DNA of 64,000 nt from Syntrophaceae bacterium (GTDB lineage Bacteria; Desulfobacterota; Syntrophia; Syntrophales; UBA5619): NCBI GenBank assembly GCA_003141195.1, contig PLLC01000088.1:8595-72594 (forward strand), written 5' to 3'. Every line of letters starts with the position of its first letter. The stretch's first letter is position 1. Below, piece by piece: positions 18,574 through 27,840 of this stretch. The notes under the pieces were generated by a model. It saw only the letters and a program-made list of their open reading frames with translations, did no database searches and was not told where the DNA came from. The position numbers and the translations under genes were made by a program.

Positions 18574-19833
18574 TCACACACGACAGGAGGGAACGCGGGC
18601 GAGCGCCCTCTCCGCAACGGCAGCGACTATCCGCTGGAGCCACAGCGTCCCGAGAGAAGCGACATCCCGGTCCAGGGAACGGATCACCCGGATATAATCG
18701 CTCCCCCGCGCCTCCCGGACGGGGGCCAGCTTCGATAGGAAACCGTCCCGTTCCTCCCGACCGGCCGAGTCCTCCTGACGATCCGTCAGGCAGGCCTCCA
18801 ACTCCGGCCACCGTTCCCGGAATTCCCGCTGCTGCCGGAGGATATCCCCGCGGGTCTTCCCCGGCAGGAACCTTTCGCCGAGTTCCAGCGATTTCCCCAT
18901 CTTTTCCCCCAGGGCCTTGAAACGCGCCAGCCGCTCGTCCAAGGCCGCATCCAGGGTCTCCAGCGCCCCTTTCCATAGCGCATCCCCCATCTCCGGATCG
19001 CCGGGAAAGGAACGGCGCACGTGGAGATACCACTGCCTCAATGCTAACAGATTCGCAAGATAGAGGATGTTGTTGGTCACCCGCCTGCGGATGTCGCCGT
19101 AGAGACCCGGATGAAAGGCCTTCGCGGAGGCCGGTTGCCCCTCTCCCCGGAGCAGTTTTCCCCCCTCGGGGCAATCCCCCCGCCAGACGCTTCCCGCGGC
19201 GATCACCGTCCCGAAACCGATCCGGGCCGGCCCGACCAGTCCTCCCTGCCCCCCGAGAAAAATCGGGGGCTCCCTCAGCATCGCGCCGCGGGGAACATCG
19301 CCCAGCAGCGAAGCCGTTGCTTTGTCCTGGTTGGGGGTGTAGTTGAAATGGATGTAGGAGCTCCCCACCTCGCTGTGGTCCTTACGGCTGGTCCCCCCGG
19401 CGAGAAAGGCGTCGCAGAAGTTGATCAGACTGCCCAGGGTGACAAAGGGAAAGAGGATGGTCTGTTTCAGGCCGACGGTATGGCTCCCGTTCGCCTCCTC
19501 CTCGAGAAGGCACCCCTCCCGGACCTGGGCGCCGGACCCCATGTTCGACTGATCCAGGAATATGGAAGACTTGAAAAAACCCCCCTTAAGCTCCACCCCC
19601 CGGCCGAGCCGGCAGTCGGCAACCGTCACCGGCGCTTCGCCGCCCAGTTTCACCCCCGAGGAGATCAGGGTCTTCGCCCCGGAGATCTTCGTCCCTGTGT
19701 AAAAAACAACCCCGTTCGTTGAAATGCGTTCCGGATCGACCTCTTCGCCGACATCGACGGAAAAGGGATTGGGCATCCGGACGCCCCTGGCCAGCAGTTT
19801 TTCCACCGGTACCGCGAGCTTCATCTGGGTCAT
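18574..19833 (-). CDS. Left-handed beta-helix (LbH) acyl/acetyltransferase-like protein, GlmU C-terminal-like, with a helical C-terminal domain
   Basis: Hexapeptide-repeat-like stretch GSGAQVREGCLLEE...GSSYIHFNYTPNQDK...FLGGQGGLVGPARIGFGTVIAAGS. Confidence 0.55.
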   Translation of the reverse strand: MTQMKLAVPVEKLLARGVRMPNPFSVDVGEEVDPERISTNGVVFYTGTKISGAKTLISSGVKLGGEAPVTVADCRLGRGVELKGGFFKSSIFLDQSNMGSGAQVREGCLLEEEANGSHTVGLKQTILFPFVTLGSLINFCDAFLAGGTSRKDHSEVGSSYIHFNYTPNQDKATASLLGDVPRGAMLREPPIFLGGQGGLVGPARIGFGTVIAAGSVWRGDCPEGGKLLRGEGQPASAKAFHPGLYGDIRRRVTNNILYLANLLALRQWYLHVRRSFPGDPEMGDALWKGALETLDAALDERLARFKALGEKMGKSLELGERFLPGKTRGDILRQQREFRERWPELEACLTDRQEDSAGREERDGFLSKLAPVREARGSDYIRVIRSLDRDVASLGTLWLQRIVAAVAERALARVPSCRV

Positions 19834-19882
19834 CGATTTTTCTCTCTTCGTCTGTTTCCCGTCCGTTCCGCCCCCCTGCCGT

Positions 19883-20188
19883 TTACTCCGGATCGTGATT
19901 GATGCCCAGGGTGGCCATCTTCTTCTGAAAGGTGTTCCGGTTGATCCCCAGATAGGCGGCGGCGCTCTTCACGTGATGAAACCGCCGGAGGGCGATCCGG
20001 ACGAGACTCCTCTCCACCATCGCCATAACCTCCTCGTAGATCCGGCTTTTATCCGTTTCCGCCTTGCACAGGATGGTGGCGATGTCCTCAAGTTTCTTTT
20101 CCAGAACCTCTTCCGCTACGGCGGCCGGGGTTGACCGCCTCTCCCGCGCCGCCGGATCAACGACGGATTGCTGCTTGTTCAGAGCCAT
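19883..20188 (-). CDS. Fis-family helix-turn-helix DNA-binding protein
   Basis: C-terminal SAAAYLGINRNTFQKKM HTH_8 motif; about 100 aa. Confidence 0.7.
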   Translation of the reverse strand: MALNKQQSVVDPAARERRSTPAAVAEEVLEKKLEDIATILCKAETDKSRIYEEVMAMVERSLVRIALRRFHHVKSAAAYLGINRNTFQKKMATLGINHDPE

Positions 20189-20247
20189 AAATCAGCGGAT
20201 TCCTTTCGCCAGATGGATGTTTTGAGAGCTTTGAAAAATACCCCCAC

Positions 20248-20480
20248 TTTGTCATTCCCGCGTAGGCGGGAATCCAAAAGGTCTTGAAAGGACTGGATTC
20301 CTGCTTTCGCAGGAATGACGATTTGCCGAATTTCAGGAGTAATTCAAAGTTCTCGTTTTACCGACTTTTTATGGGAGCAACCTTGCGGCTCCCGTAAAAA
20401 GTAAATTTTCCCCTCCCCCTGGAAGGAGATGGAATCCCCCTCTTTGAAAAAGAAGGGTTGGGGGAGATTTTCATCCCCCT
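20248..20480. repeat. Composite / nested MITE-like repeats
   Basis: GTCATTCCCGCGTAGGCGGGAATCC and GGATTCCTGCTTTCGCAGGAATGAC hairpins plus a GACTTTTTATGGGAGC/GCTCCCGTAAAAAGT inverted repeat. A TTTTCCCCTCCCC arm follows, matching the left end of 21633-21831. Confidence 0.7.
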
Positions 20481-20507
20481 TTGTGACGGTGGGCCGTCAT
20501 GATTGTT

Positions 20508-21032
20508 TCATGCCATAAAAGGCAGCATCTTGATCAGGATGATGCCGACCATGAACCCGGCCGCGATCCACGCCATTACGATATGGGCGAACCCCGACGG
20601 GGAGCGCCCCGCCTGCAGACGGACCTCTTCTTCCACCTTTGTAAGATCGACATGAGAGACGATCTCCTCCGCCAGATCGGAGAATCCCCCATAGGCGTTG
20701 GAAACGATGAAAAACCCATTGACGGTTGTGAGCAGGAGATAGACCTTCTTGTGGAGACTGAGACCTCCGACATGGGTGATCCCCTCCCAGGGAATCCCTT
20801 TTTCTCTCCAGAGCCTCCGGATGGCAATTCCCTCTTCATCTACCGTAACCCGGCGGAAAAGAGATTCGAGGAAGAGATAAAGGGAGGGAAAGAAAAAAAT
20901 CGCAAAAACGAGCCTTTCCGTCGTTGAACCCTGCGGCAGCAGGGATATGACGAACAGACAGAACAGAAGGAAGGCATCCACGCCGAGGGGAATGAGAAAC
21001 GCCCTTCTGATCGTATAGACATGCTGCGACAT
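20508..21032 (-). CDS. Hypothetical membrane protein (2-3 TM segments, possible bacterial PH-like domain)
   Basis: ATG 21030-21032 with a GGGAGAAG RBS. The upstream part of ORF 20508-21326 overlaps moaC and was rejected. Confidence 0.5.
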   Translation of the reverse strand: MSQHVYTIRRAFLIPLGVDAFLLFCLFVISLLPQGSTTERLVFAIFFFPSLYLFLESLFRRVTVDEEGIAIRRLWREKGIPWEGITHVGGLSLHKKVYLLLTTVNGFFIVSNAYGGFSDLAEEIVSHVDLTKVEEEVRLQAGRSPSGFAHIVMAWIAAGFMVGIILIKMLPFMA

Positions 21033-21061
21033 ATCTTCTCCCGGCGGGAACCAACCCGCTT

Positions 21062-21550
21062 TTAAACCGATGGTTCCCGTCTGACGAAGGCGCCACTCTT
21101 GCCGCCCTCTTTGCTGATCAGCCGAATATCCGTGAGGACCATCTCCCGGTCGACCGCCTTGCACATGTCGTAAATCGTGAGCGCGGCGACGCCGACGGCC
21201 GTCATGGCCTCCATCTCGACGCCCGTTCTGCCGACCGTTTTGACCTTCGCCTCGATTACGACCTCGCCCGCTGCGGGATCGCACGTAAACCGAACCTCGA
21301 TCCCCGTGAGTTCCAGCGGATGGCACATGGGAATGAGCCCGCCGGTCTGCTTCGCCGCCATGATCCCTGCGATTCGGGCCGTAGCGAAGACATCCCCCTT
21401 CGGGATCCCCCCCTCCTGGATCAGGGCGGCGGTCTCCGGACGCATCCGGACCTTCCCCCGGGCAACCGCCCGGCGAAGGGTGGGCGCCTTGGCCGTCACA
21501 TCCACCATGCGCGCCTGACCTTTTTCATCGAGATGGGATAGTTCTTTCAT
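21062..21550 (-). CDS. moaC: Cyclic pyranopterin monophosphate synthase MoaC
   Basis: [33 protein letters not shown] and GVEMEAMTA motifs. Confidence 0.9.
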   Translation of the reverse strand: MKELSHLDEKGQARMVDVTAKAPTLRRAVARGKVRMRPETAALIQEGGIPKGDVFATARIAGIMAAKQTGGLIPMCHPLELTGIEVRFTCDPAAGEVVIEAKVKTVGRTGVEMEAMTAVGVAALTIYDMCKAVDREMVLTDIRLISKEGGKSGAFVRREPSV

Positions 21551-21632
21551 GGCCTGCCGTGTCGGAATCGGGTTGACTGCAAAATCCGGGAGGAACTTAG
21601 CACAGCCATTTCCCTCAGTCAAGAAAGATGCA

Positions 21633-21831
21633 CTCGTAAAAAGTAATTTTCCCCCTCCCCTTTACCCTAAAAGGGCATATCCTGCAGGGCACAAGCAAGC
21701 AAGGGGCGGGCCGGGGTGGGGATGGGTGAAAAGGGCTGTCATGACCACATAAAACCCACCCCCTACCCTATGAGGGCACGAGACCCTAACCCTCCCCGGA
21801 AGGGGAGGGATATTTCGGACTTTTTACGCAG
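21633..21831. repeat. MITE-like element (about 199 bp), CTCGTAAAAAGT...CCCTCCCC inverted termini
   Basis: Left end CTCGTAAAAAGTAATTTTCCCCCTCCCC; right end GGGGAGGGATATTTCGGACTTTTTACGCAG. Confidence 0.75.
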
Positions 21832-21942
21832 CCATCAAAAATCGCTTGCGGGAAAAACGCTTCTTGTTTAAGATCACTGCGGGTTGCGATCCGAGTAGCC
21901 CGCATCCGGCCATCCGTCAGATCGTGCAGAGGGGGGTTACGC

Positions 21943-23472
21943 TTGATCGTCAAGGCCATCAGCAGTACCGTCATCGGCATTGATTCCTATCCTGTCGCGG
22001 TCGAGGTCGATCTCGCCGCCGGTCTCCCCCTGTTTTCGACGGTCGGCCTCCCCGACGTGGCCGTGCGGGAGAGCAAGGACCGGATCAAGGCCGCCGTCAA
22101 GAACTCCGGGTACCCCTTCCCCGGCCATCATGTCACCGTGAACCTGGCGCCCGCAGACATCAAAAAGGAGGGCACCGCCTTCGATCTTCCCATCGCCGTG
22201 GCGATCCTGACCGCCCAGGGTCTTGTGCCCGCCGGTCCGCTGGCCGACTATCTCCTTCTCGGCGAACTTTCGCTGGACGGCGGCGTGAAGGGGATCCACG
22301 GCGCCCTCTCCGCGGCCTTTGAGGCGAAGGCCCTTGGCATCCGGGGGGTAATCGTCCCGCGGGAAAACGCCGCCGAGGCGGCGCTGGTGGAGGGGATTGA
22401 GGTGATCCCGGTGGGACAGCTCTCCGAAGTGGTGGAGTTTCTCGGCGGCCGGATGGAGATCGCGCCGGTCCATGTCGATCTCGGGAAACTTTTCTGCCGG
22501 AGCCGCGACTATCCCTTCGATTTCAGCGAGATCCGCGGCCAGGAACAGACCAAACGCGCCCTCGAGGTCGCCGCCGCGGGGGGGCACAACCTTCTCATGA
22601 TCGGTCCGCCCGGATCCGGGAAGACCATGCTCGCCCAGCGACTCGTGACGATCATCCCCGACCTCTCTCTCCCGGAGGCGATTGAAACAACGAAGATCTT
22701 CTCCGTCGCCGGCCTCCTGGACCGGAAAGAGGCGCTCCTGGGGACCCGGCCCTTCCGCGCCCCGCACCATACGATCTCTGACGCCGGTCTGGTCGGCGGC
22801 GGCCATACCCCGAGGCCGGGGGAGATCAGCCTCGCCCATCACGGGGTCCTCTTCCTCGACGAACTTCCGGAGTTCCGGAAGAACGCCCTCGAGGCGCTGC
22901 GCCAGCCGCTGGAAGACGGCCGGGTCACGATCACCCGTTCCTCCTTCACGGCCACCTATCCCGCCTGCTTTATGCTCGTTGCAGCGATGAATCCCTGTCC
23001 CTGCGGCTACTTCGGCGACCGGAGCCGCCCCTGCCGCTGCACGCCCCAGCAGATCCGCCAGTATCAGGGCCGGATCTCCGGCCCCCTTCTCGACCGGATC
23101 GACATCCATGTCGAGGTTCCCTCCGTCCGCTACCGCGATCTGACGGCAAGGGAAACGGGCGAGTCGTCCGCCGCCATCAAGGCCCGGATCGAACAGGCCC
23201 GCGATATCCAGAAAAATCGCTTCGCCGGAGACGAAACGCTGTTCAACGCCCGCATGACCGACCGCCAGGTCCGCGCCGCCTGCCCTCTCGACGAGGAATC
23301 GCGGCAGCTCATCGAAATGGCCATCGACCGGCTGGGGCTGAGCGCCCGCGCCCACAGCCGGATACTGAAGGTCGCCCGGACCATCGCAGACCTGGAAGGG
23401 GATCCGGCGCTCCGTTCTTCCCACGTCGCGGAGGCCATCCAGTACAGAAGCCTTGATCGCCATCTCATTTAG
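21943..23472 (+). CDS. comM: Mg-chelatase-like / competence protein ComM (YifB family ATPase)
   Basis: TTG start after a GAGGGGGG RBS. GLPDVAVRESKDRI, GPPGSGKTMLA and GVLFLDELPEF motifs, and a zinc-ribbon-like CPCGYFG...C motif. Confidence 0.85.
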   Translation: MIVKAISSTVIGIDSYPVAVEVDLAAGLPLFSTVGLPDVAVRESKDRIKAAVKNSGYPFPGHHVTVNLAPADIKKEGTAFDLPIAVAILTAQGLVPAGPLADYLLLGELSLDGGVKGIHGALSAAFEAKALGIRGVIVPRENAAEAALVEGIEVIPVGQLSEVVEFLGGRMEIAPVHVDLGKLFCRSRDYPFDFSEIRGQEQTKRALEVAAAGGHNLLMIGPPGSGKTMLAQRLVTIIPDLSLPEAIETTKIFSVAGLLDRKEALLGTRPFRAPHHTISDAGLVGGGHTPRPGEISLAHHGVLFLDELPEFRKNALEALRQPLEDGRVTITRSSFTATYPACFMLVAAMNPCPCGYFGDRSRPCRCTPQQIRQYQGRISGPLLDRIDIHVEVPSVRYRDLTARETGESSAAIKARIEQARDIQKNRFAGDETLFNARMTDRQVRAACPLDEESRQLIEMAIDRLGLSARAHSRILKVARTIADLEGDPALRSSHVAEAIQYRSLDRHLI

Positions 23473-23494
23473 TGGTAAGGGTACAAACATTACT

Positions 23495-23519
23495 CACCCT
23501 CTGAGGGTGTTTGCGTTTT
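23495..23519 (+). terminator. Rho-independent terminator candidate after comM
   Basis: CACCCT-CTG-AGGGTG hairpin followed by TTTGCGTTTT. Confidence 0.4.
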
Positions 23520-23532
23520 AAGGAGACGACTT

Positions 23533-24609
23533 ATGGAAATCAAGGTTATTCAGGTTTCCCCTGAAAAAAGAAAGGCGAAACCGAGCAACGAATCGCAGTT
23601 AGGATTCGGAAAGATCTTTACCGATCACTTTTTCACCATGACCTACCACGCGGGCCGGGGCTGGCACGACCCCCGGATCGAACCTTACCGGCCGATTCAA
23701 CTCGATCCGACGGCGATGTGCCTCCATTACGGCCAGGAGATCTTCGAGGGGATGAAGGCCTACCGGGGGAAGGGCGGCGCCATCTTTCTCTTCCGGCCGA
23801 TGGAGAATATCCGGCGGATGAACGTCTCGGCGGAGAGGCTCTGCATGCCCCGGATCAACGAGGGGCTCTTTCTGGAGGCCCTGACGAAACTGATCCTGCT
23901 GGAAAAGGAGTGGATCCCCCACGGCAGCGGGACCTCCCTCTACATCCGGCCGACGATGATCGCCACGGAACCGGCCCTCGGCGTGCATCCGGCGCACGAG
24001 TACCTCTTCTTCATCATCCTGGGACCGGTGGGAACCTACTACCCGGAGGGGTTCGCCCCGACCAAGATCTATGTCACGGAGGAATACTGCCGGTCCGTCC
24101 CCGGCGGAACCGGTTACTGCAAGGCCGGCGGCAACTACGCGGCCAGTCTCTATGCGGGCGAGATCGCGAAGAATATGGGTTATACGCAGGTCCTGTGGCT
24201 CGACCCGATCGAACGGAAATACGTCGAGGAGGTGGGAACGAGCAACATGTTCTTCCTGATCGGCAACGAGCTGATCACCGCCCCCCTGACGGGAACGATC
24301 CTCCCCGGCGTCACCCGCGACTCGGTCATCCGTCTCGCCGGAAGCTGGGGGGTGAAGGTTTCGGAAAGACGTCTCTCCATGGATGAGATCATGGCCGCGA
24401 TCGCCGGCGGCACGATGCAGGAGGCCTTCGCCTCGGGAACCGCGGCCATCGTCTCGCCGGTCGGCCAGATCTACTACCGGGAGAAGGAATACCCCATCGG
24501 CGACGGTCGGACCGGTCGGTTGACGGGAAGACTGTACAACGAGATCCTCCAGATCCAGTACGGAATGAAGGACGACCCGTTCGGATGGCGTCTGAAGATC
24601 GCGGATTGA
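23533..24609 (+). CDS. ilvE: Branched-chain amino acid aminotransferase
   Basis: LHYGQEIFEGMKAY, YIRP, EEVGTSNMF and GVTRDS motifs. AAGGAG RBS. Confidence 0.9.
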   Translation: MEIKVIQVSPEKRKAKPSNESQLGFGKIFTDHFFTMTYHAGRGWHDPRIEPYRPIQLDPTAMCLHYGQEIFEGMKAYRGKGGAIFLFRPMENIRRMNVSAERLCMPRINEGLFLEALTKLILLEKEWIPHGSGTSLYIRPTMIATEPALGVHPAHEYLFFIILGPVGTYYPEGFAPTKIYVTEEYCRSVPGGTGYCKAGGNYAASLYAGEIAKNMGYTQVLWLDPIERKYVEEVGTSNMFFLIGNELITAPLTGTILPGVTRDSVIRLAGSWGVKVSERRLSMDEIMAAIAGGTMQEAFASGTAAIVSPVGQIYYREKEYPIGDGRTGRLTGRLYNEILQIQYGMKDDPFGWRLKIAD

Positions 24610-24681
24610 TCGGATGGTCAATCCGATATTTCCCTTGATCCGGGAACTTGGGAAGGGAATCCACAGAGGAGTGGAAAGGGT

Positions 24682-24702
24682 TGTGGACAATGCTGTGGAT
24701 AA
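24682..24702 (+). promoter_or_regulatory. Two DnaA-box-like 9-mers
   Basis: TGTGGACAA (24682-24690) and a perfect TGTGGATAA (24694-24702), in direct orientation upstream of lolA. Confidence 0.3.
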
Positions 24703-24763
24703 CTTTTGTAACTCTTCAAATGTCACGATTATCTACCGATTTGCATAATGCGTGGGCATAAAT

Positions 24764-25588
24764 ATGTCAATTAATTTCAACTGCTTACAAAATCATAACG
24801 CCATCCCGGCCATTTACGGCATTTTTTTGCCGGGTTATAAACCGCCGGAAATATTTGTGCCGTTTTCGCACTCCCGGCCGGTTTTATTTTCCTCCCGGAG
24901 AAATCGCATCCCTGCCGCACGGATAGCGGGGATCGCCCTCCTCCTCTGGATAGCGATCTTTGTTTTCCCGGCCCCGGCGGTCCCCGCCGAGATCCTCTCC
25001 CTGGAGCAGTTGACCGCAAAGACCCAGGAGGTCTATGAAAAGACGACGGATCTGAAGGCCCGGTTCATCCAGGAGGTGACGATCAAGTCGATGAAGAAGA
25101 CTGAGCGGGAAGAGGGAACGGTCTGGATCAAGAACCCGAAAATGATGCTGTGGGATTATGCAAAACCGAAGGAGAAGAAGCTGGTCATCAACGCCCGGAC
25201 GGCCTGGCTTTACGTCGCCGAGGACCGGATGGTCTATGTCCAGAACGCCGATGACGTCTACCGGTCGCGGATGGCCGTCAAGTTCCTCTCCGGCATCGGC
25301 AAACTCTCCGAAGATTTTCAGCTCCGTTTCGCGAAGGACAACCCGCTGGACGAAGAGGGGAACTATCTTCTCACCCTGACGGCGAAGGAAAAAGGAACCG
25401 GCATCGACCGGCTCCACCTGACCGTTGACGGGAAGACCTTCCAGATCCTCCAGTGCCGTTTCAACGACGACTACGGGAACACTACGCGCCTCCGCTTCAG
25501 CGACATCCGTACGAACACGGGCGTTCCCGACAAGTTCTTCACCTTCAAGCCGCCCGCCGGCGTCGAAGTCGTCAACATGCCTCCGTAG
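24764..25588 (+). CDS. lolA: Outer-membrane lipoprotein carrier protein LolA; start codon uncertain
   Basis: Hydrophobic signal segment IAGIALLLWIAIFVFPAPAVPA followed by LolA-like DLKARFIQE...WIKNP.KMLWDY...AWLYV. An in-frame GTG at 24857 is an alternative start. Confidence 0.65.
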   Translation: MSINFNCLQNHNAIPAIYGIFLPGYKPPEIFVPFSHSRPVLFSSRRNRIPAARIAGIALLLWIAIFVFPAPAVPAEILSLEQLTAKTQEVYEKTTDLKARFIQEVTIKSMKKTEREEGTVWIKNPKMMLWDYAKPKEKKLVINARTAWLYVAEDRMVYVQNADDVYRSRMAVKFLSGIGKLSEDFQLRFAKDNPLDEEGNYLLTLTAKEKGTGIDRLHLTVDGKTFQILQCRFNDDYGNTTRLRFSDIRTNTGVPDKFFTFKPPAGVEVVNMPP

Positions 25589-25756
25589 GTTTCGCTCCGG
25601 GATTTCCCGGGCGAGGGATATGCAAGCGGAACAATCTGAGGTGTCCGCATAACCGAGAAAGTGGATTCCAAAAAAGCGCGGGGAAATCCGCTTTTCAAAG
25701 TTCTCGGCCTGCAACGCCGGAGACTTAAAACGCCGCAGAACCAGGGAGGCGCCTTC

Positions 25757-27751
25757 ATGATCCAAATCGACTTTGGAGAAATCCAGTTTCCGGATGACGA
25801 CCGGGAGTGGCTGGAGACGGACGGCCGGGGGGGGTACGCATCGAGCACCCTGCAGAACCGCCACACGCGGCGGTACCACGGCCTGCTTGTGGCCAATCTC
25901 CAAACGCCGGAGGGCCGGCATGTCCTCCTGTCCAAGTTGGAGGACTCCCTCCAGGCGGGAGGGGAAGAACAGTTCTTCAGCTCACACCGCTATCCCGGCG
26001 TCCTCTTTCCCCCGGGTCCGCCGGTTCTAAGGGAGTTTCTCCTCGATACCTGCCCCCGCTTCATCGGCCGGGCGGGCAGAACCACCGTAAAGAAATCGAT
26101 CCTGATGCCCCGCGGGAAAGGAACCCTGTTTGTCCGTTACGACCTGGAGCGGTGTCCGAAGGGCGGCATCCTCCGCCTGAAACCCTTCCTTGCCTTCCGG
26201 GGGTATCACAAGCTCGCCCACAAAAACCCTTTCCTCCAGGATCGGGCGGAAGGAATCGAAAACGGCTTCCGGATCGAACCCTACGAGGGCATGCCGCCCC
26301 TTTACATCCAGACCTCCCGGGCGTCGCGGTTTATCTCTTCGCCCGTCTGGTACAGGCGTTTCCAATACACGGAGGAACGGGAACGGGGTTTCGACTGGGA
26401 GGAGGATCTCTTCCTTCCGGGGATCCTGGAGGTCCTGGTTGAGAGAAAATGTACGGTGATCCTCTCCGTCTCCTGCGACGGGGACACGATGCGGCATCAT
26501 GTCCCCAATCCGGCCGCAATCTGGCAGACGGAAACCGTCCGGCGCGGCCGCGAACAGACGACAGACAAAAGACAGACCGGCGGATTCGCGGGTGAAGATC
26601 AGGAGTTTTTTCTCGCCCTGCTCCGGGCAGGACGTTCGTTTCTCATCACGACCCCGTCGGGAAGGCCGGCCGTCATCGCCGGCTATCCCTGGTTCGGGAG
26701 CTGGGGGCGGGACGCCCTGATCTCCCTCCCCGGTCTCTGCTTCTCCACCGGCCGCATCGCGGAAGGGATCGAGATCTTGACGGAGATCGGCCGGCACGAA
26801 CGGGACGGCCTCCTGCCCAATTTCTTCTCCGCGGACGGCGCCCCCGAGGCCTACAACACCGTGGACAGTTCGCTCTGGTATTTTCGGGCCGTTCAGGAAC
26901 TTCTGCGGATCTCGGGCGACAAGGCCCTGATCCGCGAACGTTTCTGGCCCGTCATGAAACGGATCATCCGCTCGTTCCTGGACGGAACGCGATTCGGGAT
27001 CGGCATGAATCGGGAGGGCCTCCTCCACGCCGGAAACGGGCAGACCGCCCTGACCTGGATGGATGCCACGGTGGGAGAAATCCCCGTCACACCCCGCCAC
27101 GGCTGTCCGGTGGAGATCAACGCCCTCTGGTACAACGCCCTCTGTTTTACCCGCGATCTTACAGTTGAATTTGGTGAACCGGCGTTTTCCGGCGGCGATC
27201 TCATCCCGCTTCTGAGCCGTTCGTTCCGGGAGGCCTTCTGGAACCCCCGGGAAGGCTGCCTCGGCGATGTCTTCCGCGACGGCGTTCTGGATACTGCCGT
27301 GCGGCCGAACCAGATCTTCGCCGTCTCCCTCCCCTTCTCGCCCCTCGACCCCGCGGAACAGGCCGCCGTCGTCCGCGCCGTCCGGGAGCAACTTCTCACC
27401 CCCTGCGGGCTTCGGACCCTCTCTCCCGCCGATCCGGCCTACCGGGGCCGCTGCCGGGGGAACCCCGCTGAACGGGACGGCGCCTACCACCAGGGAACCG
27501 TCTGGCCCTGGCTCTTGGGCGCTTTCGGCGAGGCCGCCCTCCGCGTCGCCGACAACCCGGAGCGGGAAGAGGAAGACCTCCGGCAATACCTCCGGACATT
27601 TCTCCGGCAACACCTCGTCGAGGCGGGGATCGGGAGCGTCTCCGAGGTCTTCGACGGGGACGCCCCCCACCGGCCGGGCGGCTGTATCGCCCAGGCCTGG
27701 AGCGTCGCCGAACTGATCCGCCTCTACACGCTCCTCGGGAAAATAGGGTAG
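25757..27751 (+). CDS. Glycogen debranching enzyme (amylo-alpha-1,6-glucosidase, GDE_C type)
   Basis: EWLETDGRGGYASSTL.NRHTRRYHGLL, GYPWFGSWGRDA, LTWMDA and AYHQGTVWPWL motifs. GGGAGG RBS before ATG 25757. Confidence 0.85.
   Translation: MIQIDFGEIQFPDDDREWLETDGRGGYASSTLQNRHTRRYHGLLVANLQTPEGRHVLLSKLEDSLQAGGEEQFFSSHRYPGVLFPPGPPVLREFLLDTCPRFIGRAGRTTVKKSILMPRGKGTLFVRYDLERCPKGGILRLKPFLAFRGYHKLAHKNPFLQDRAEGIENGFRIEPYEGMPPLYIQTSRASRFISSPVWYRRFQYTEERERGFDWEEDLFLPGILEVLVERKCTVILSVSCDGDTMRHHVPNPAAIWQTETVRRGREQTTDKRQTGGFAGEDQEFFLALLRAGRSFLITTPSGRPAVIAGYPWFGSWGRDALISLPGLCFSTGRIAEGIEILTEIGRHERDGLLPNFFSADGAPEAYNTVDSSLWYFRAVQELLRISGDKALIRERFWPVMKRIIRSFLDGTRFGIGMNREGLLHAGNGQTALTWMDATVGEIPVTPRHGCPVEINALWYNALCFTRDLTVEFGEPAFSGGDLIPLLSRSFREAFWNPREGCLGDVFRDGVLDTAVRPNQIFAVSLPFSPLDPAEQAAVVRAVREQLLTPCGLRTLSPADPAYRGRCRGNPAERDGAYHQGTVWPWLLGAFGEAALRVADNPEREEEDLRQYLRTFLRQHLVEAGIGSVSEVFDGDAPHRPGGCIAQAWSVAELIRLYTLLGKIG
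26480..26506. repeat. Type B palindrome inside the debranching enzyme CDS
   Basis: Identical to 18504-18530. Translated in frame as GDTMRHHVP. Confidence 0.85.
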
Positions 27752-27840
27752 CTGACCCCTATTTTCTTAAAGGTTTATTTTCGTATGCAATTATGTTATC
27801 AGCAGGTCTCGTTGGGTCGCGGGGCGGTGTCTGTATCGAC

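Noticed and set aside
20508-21326. Full 272-aa ORF
   Set aside because: The first 98 codons are Arg/Gly-rich and overlap moaC out of frame. The real start is taken as ATG 21032, with an RBS.
24660-24760. Replication origin
   Set aside because: There are only two DnaA-box-like 9-mers, no AT-rich unwinding element and no dnaA/dnaN nearby.
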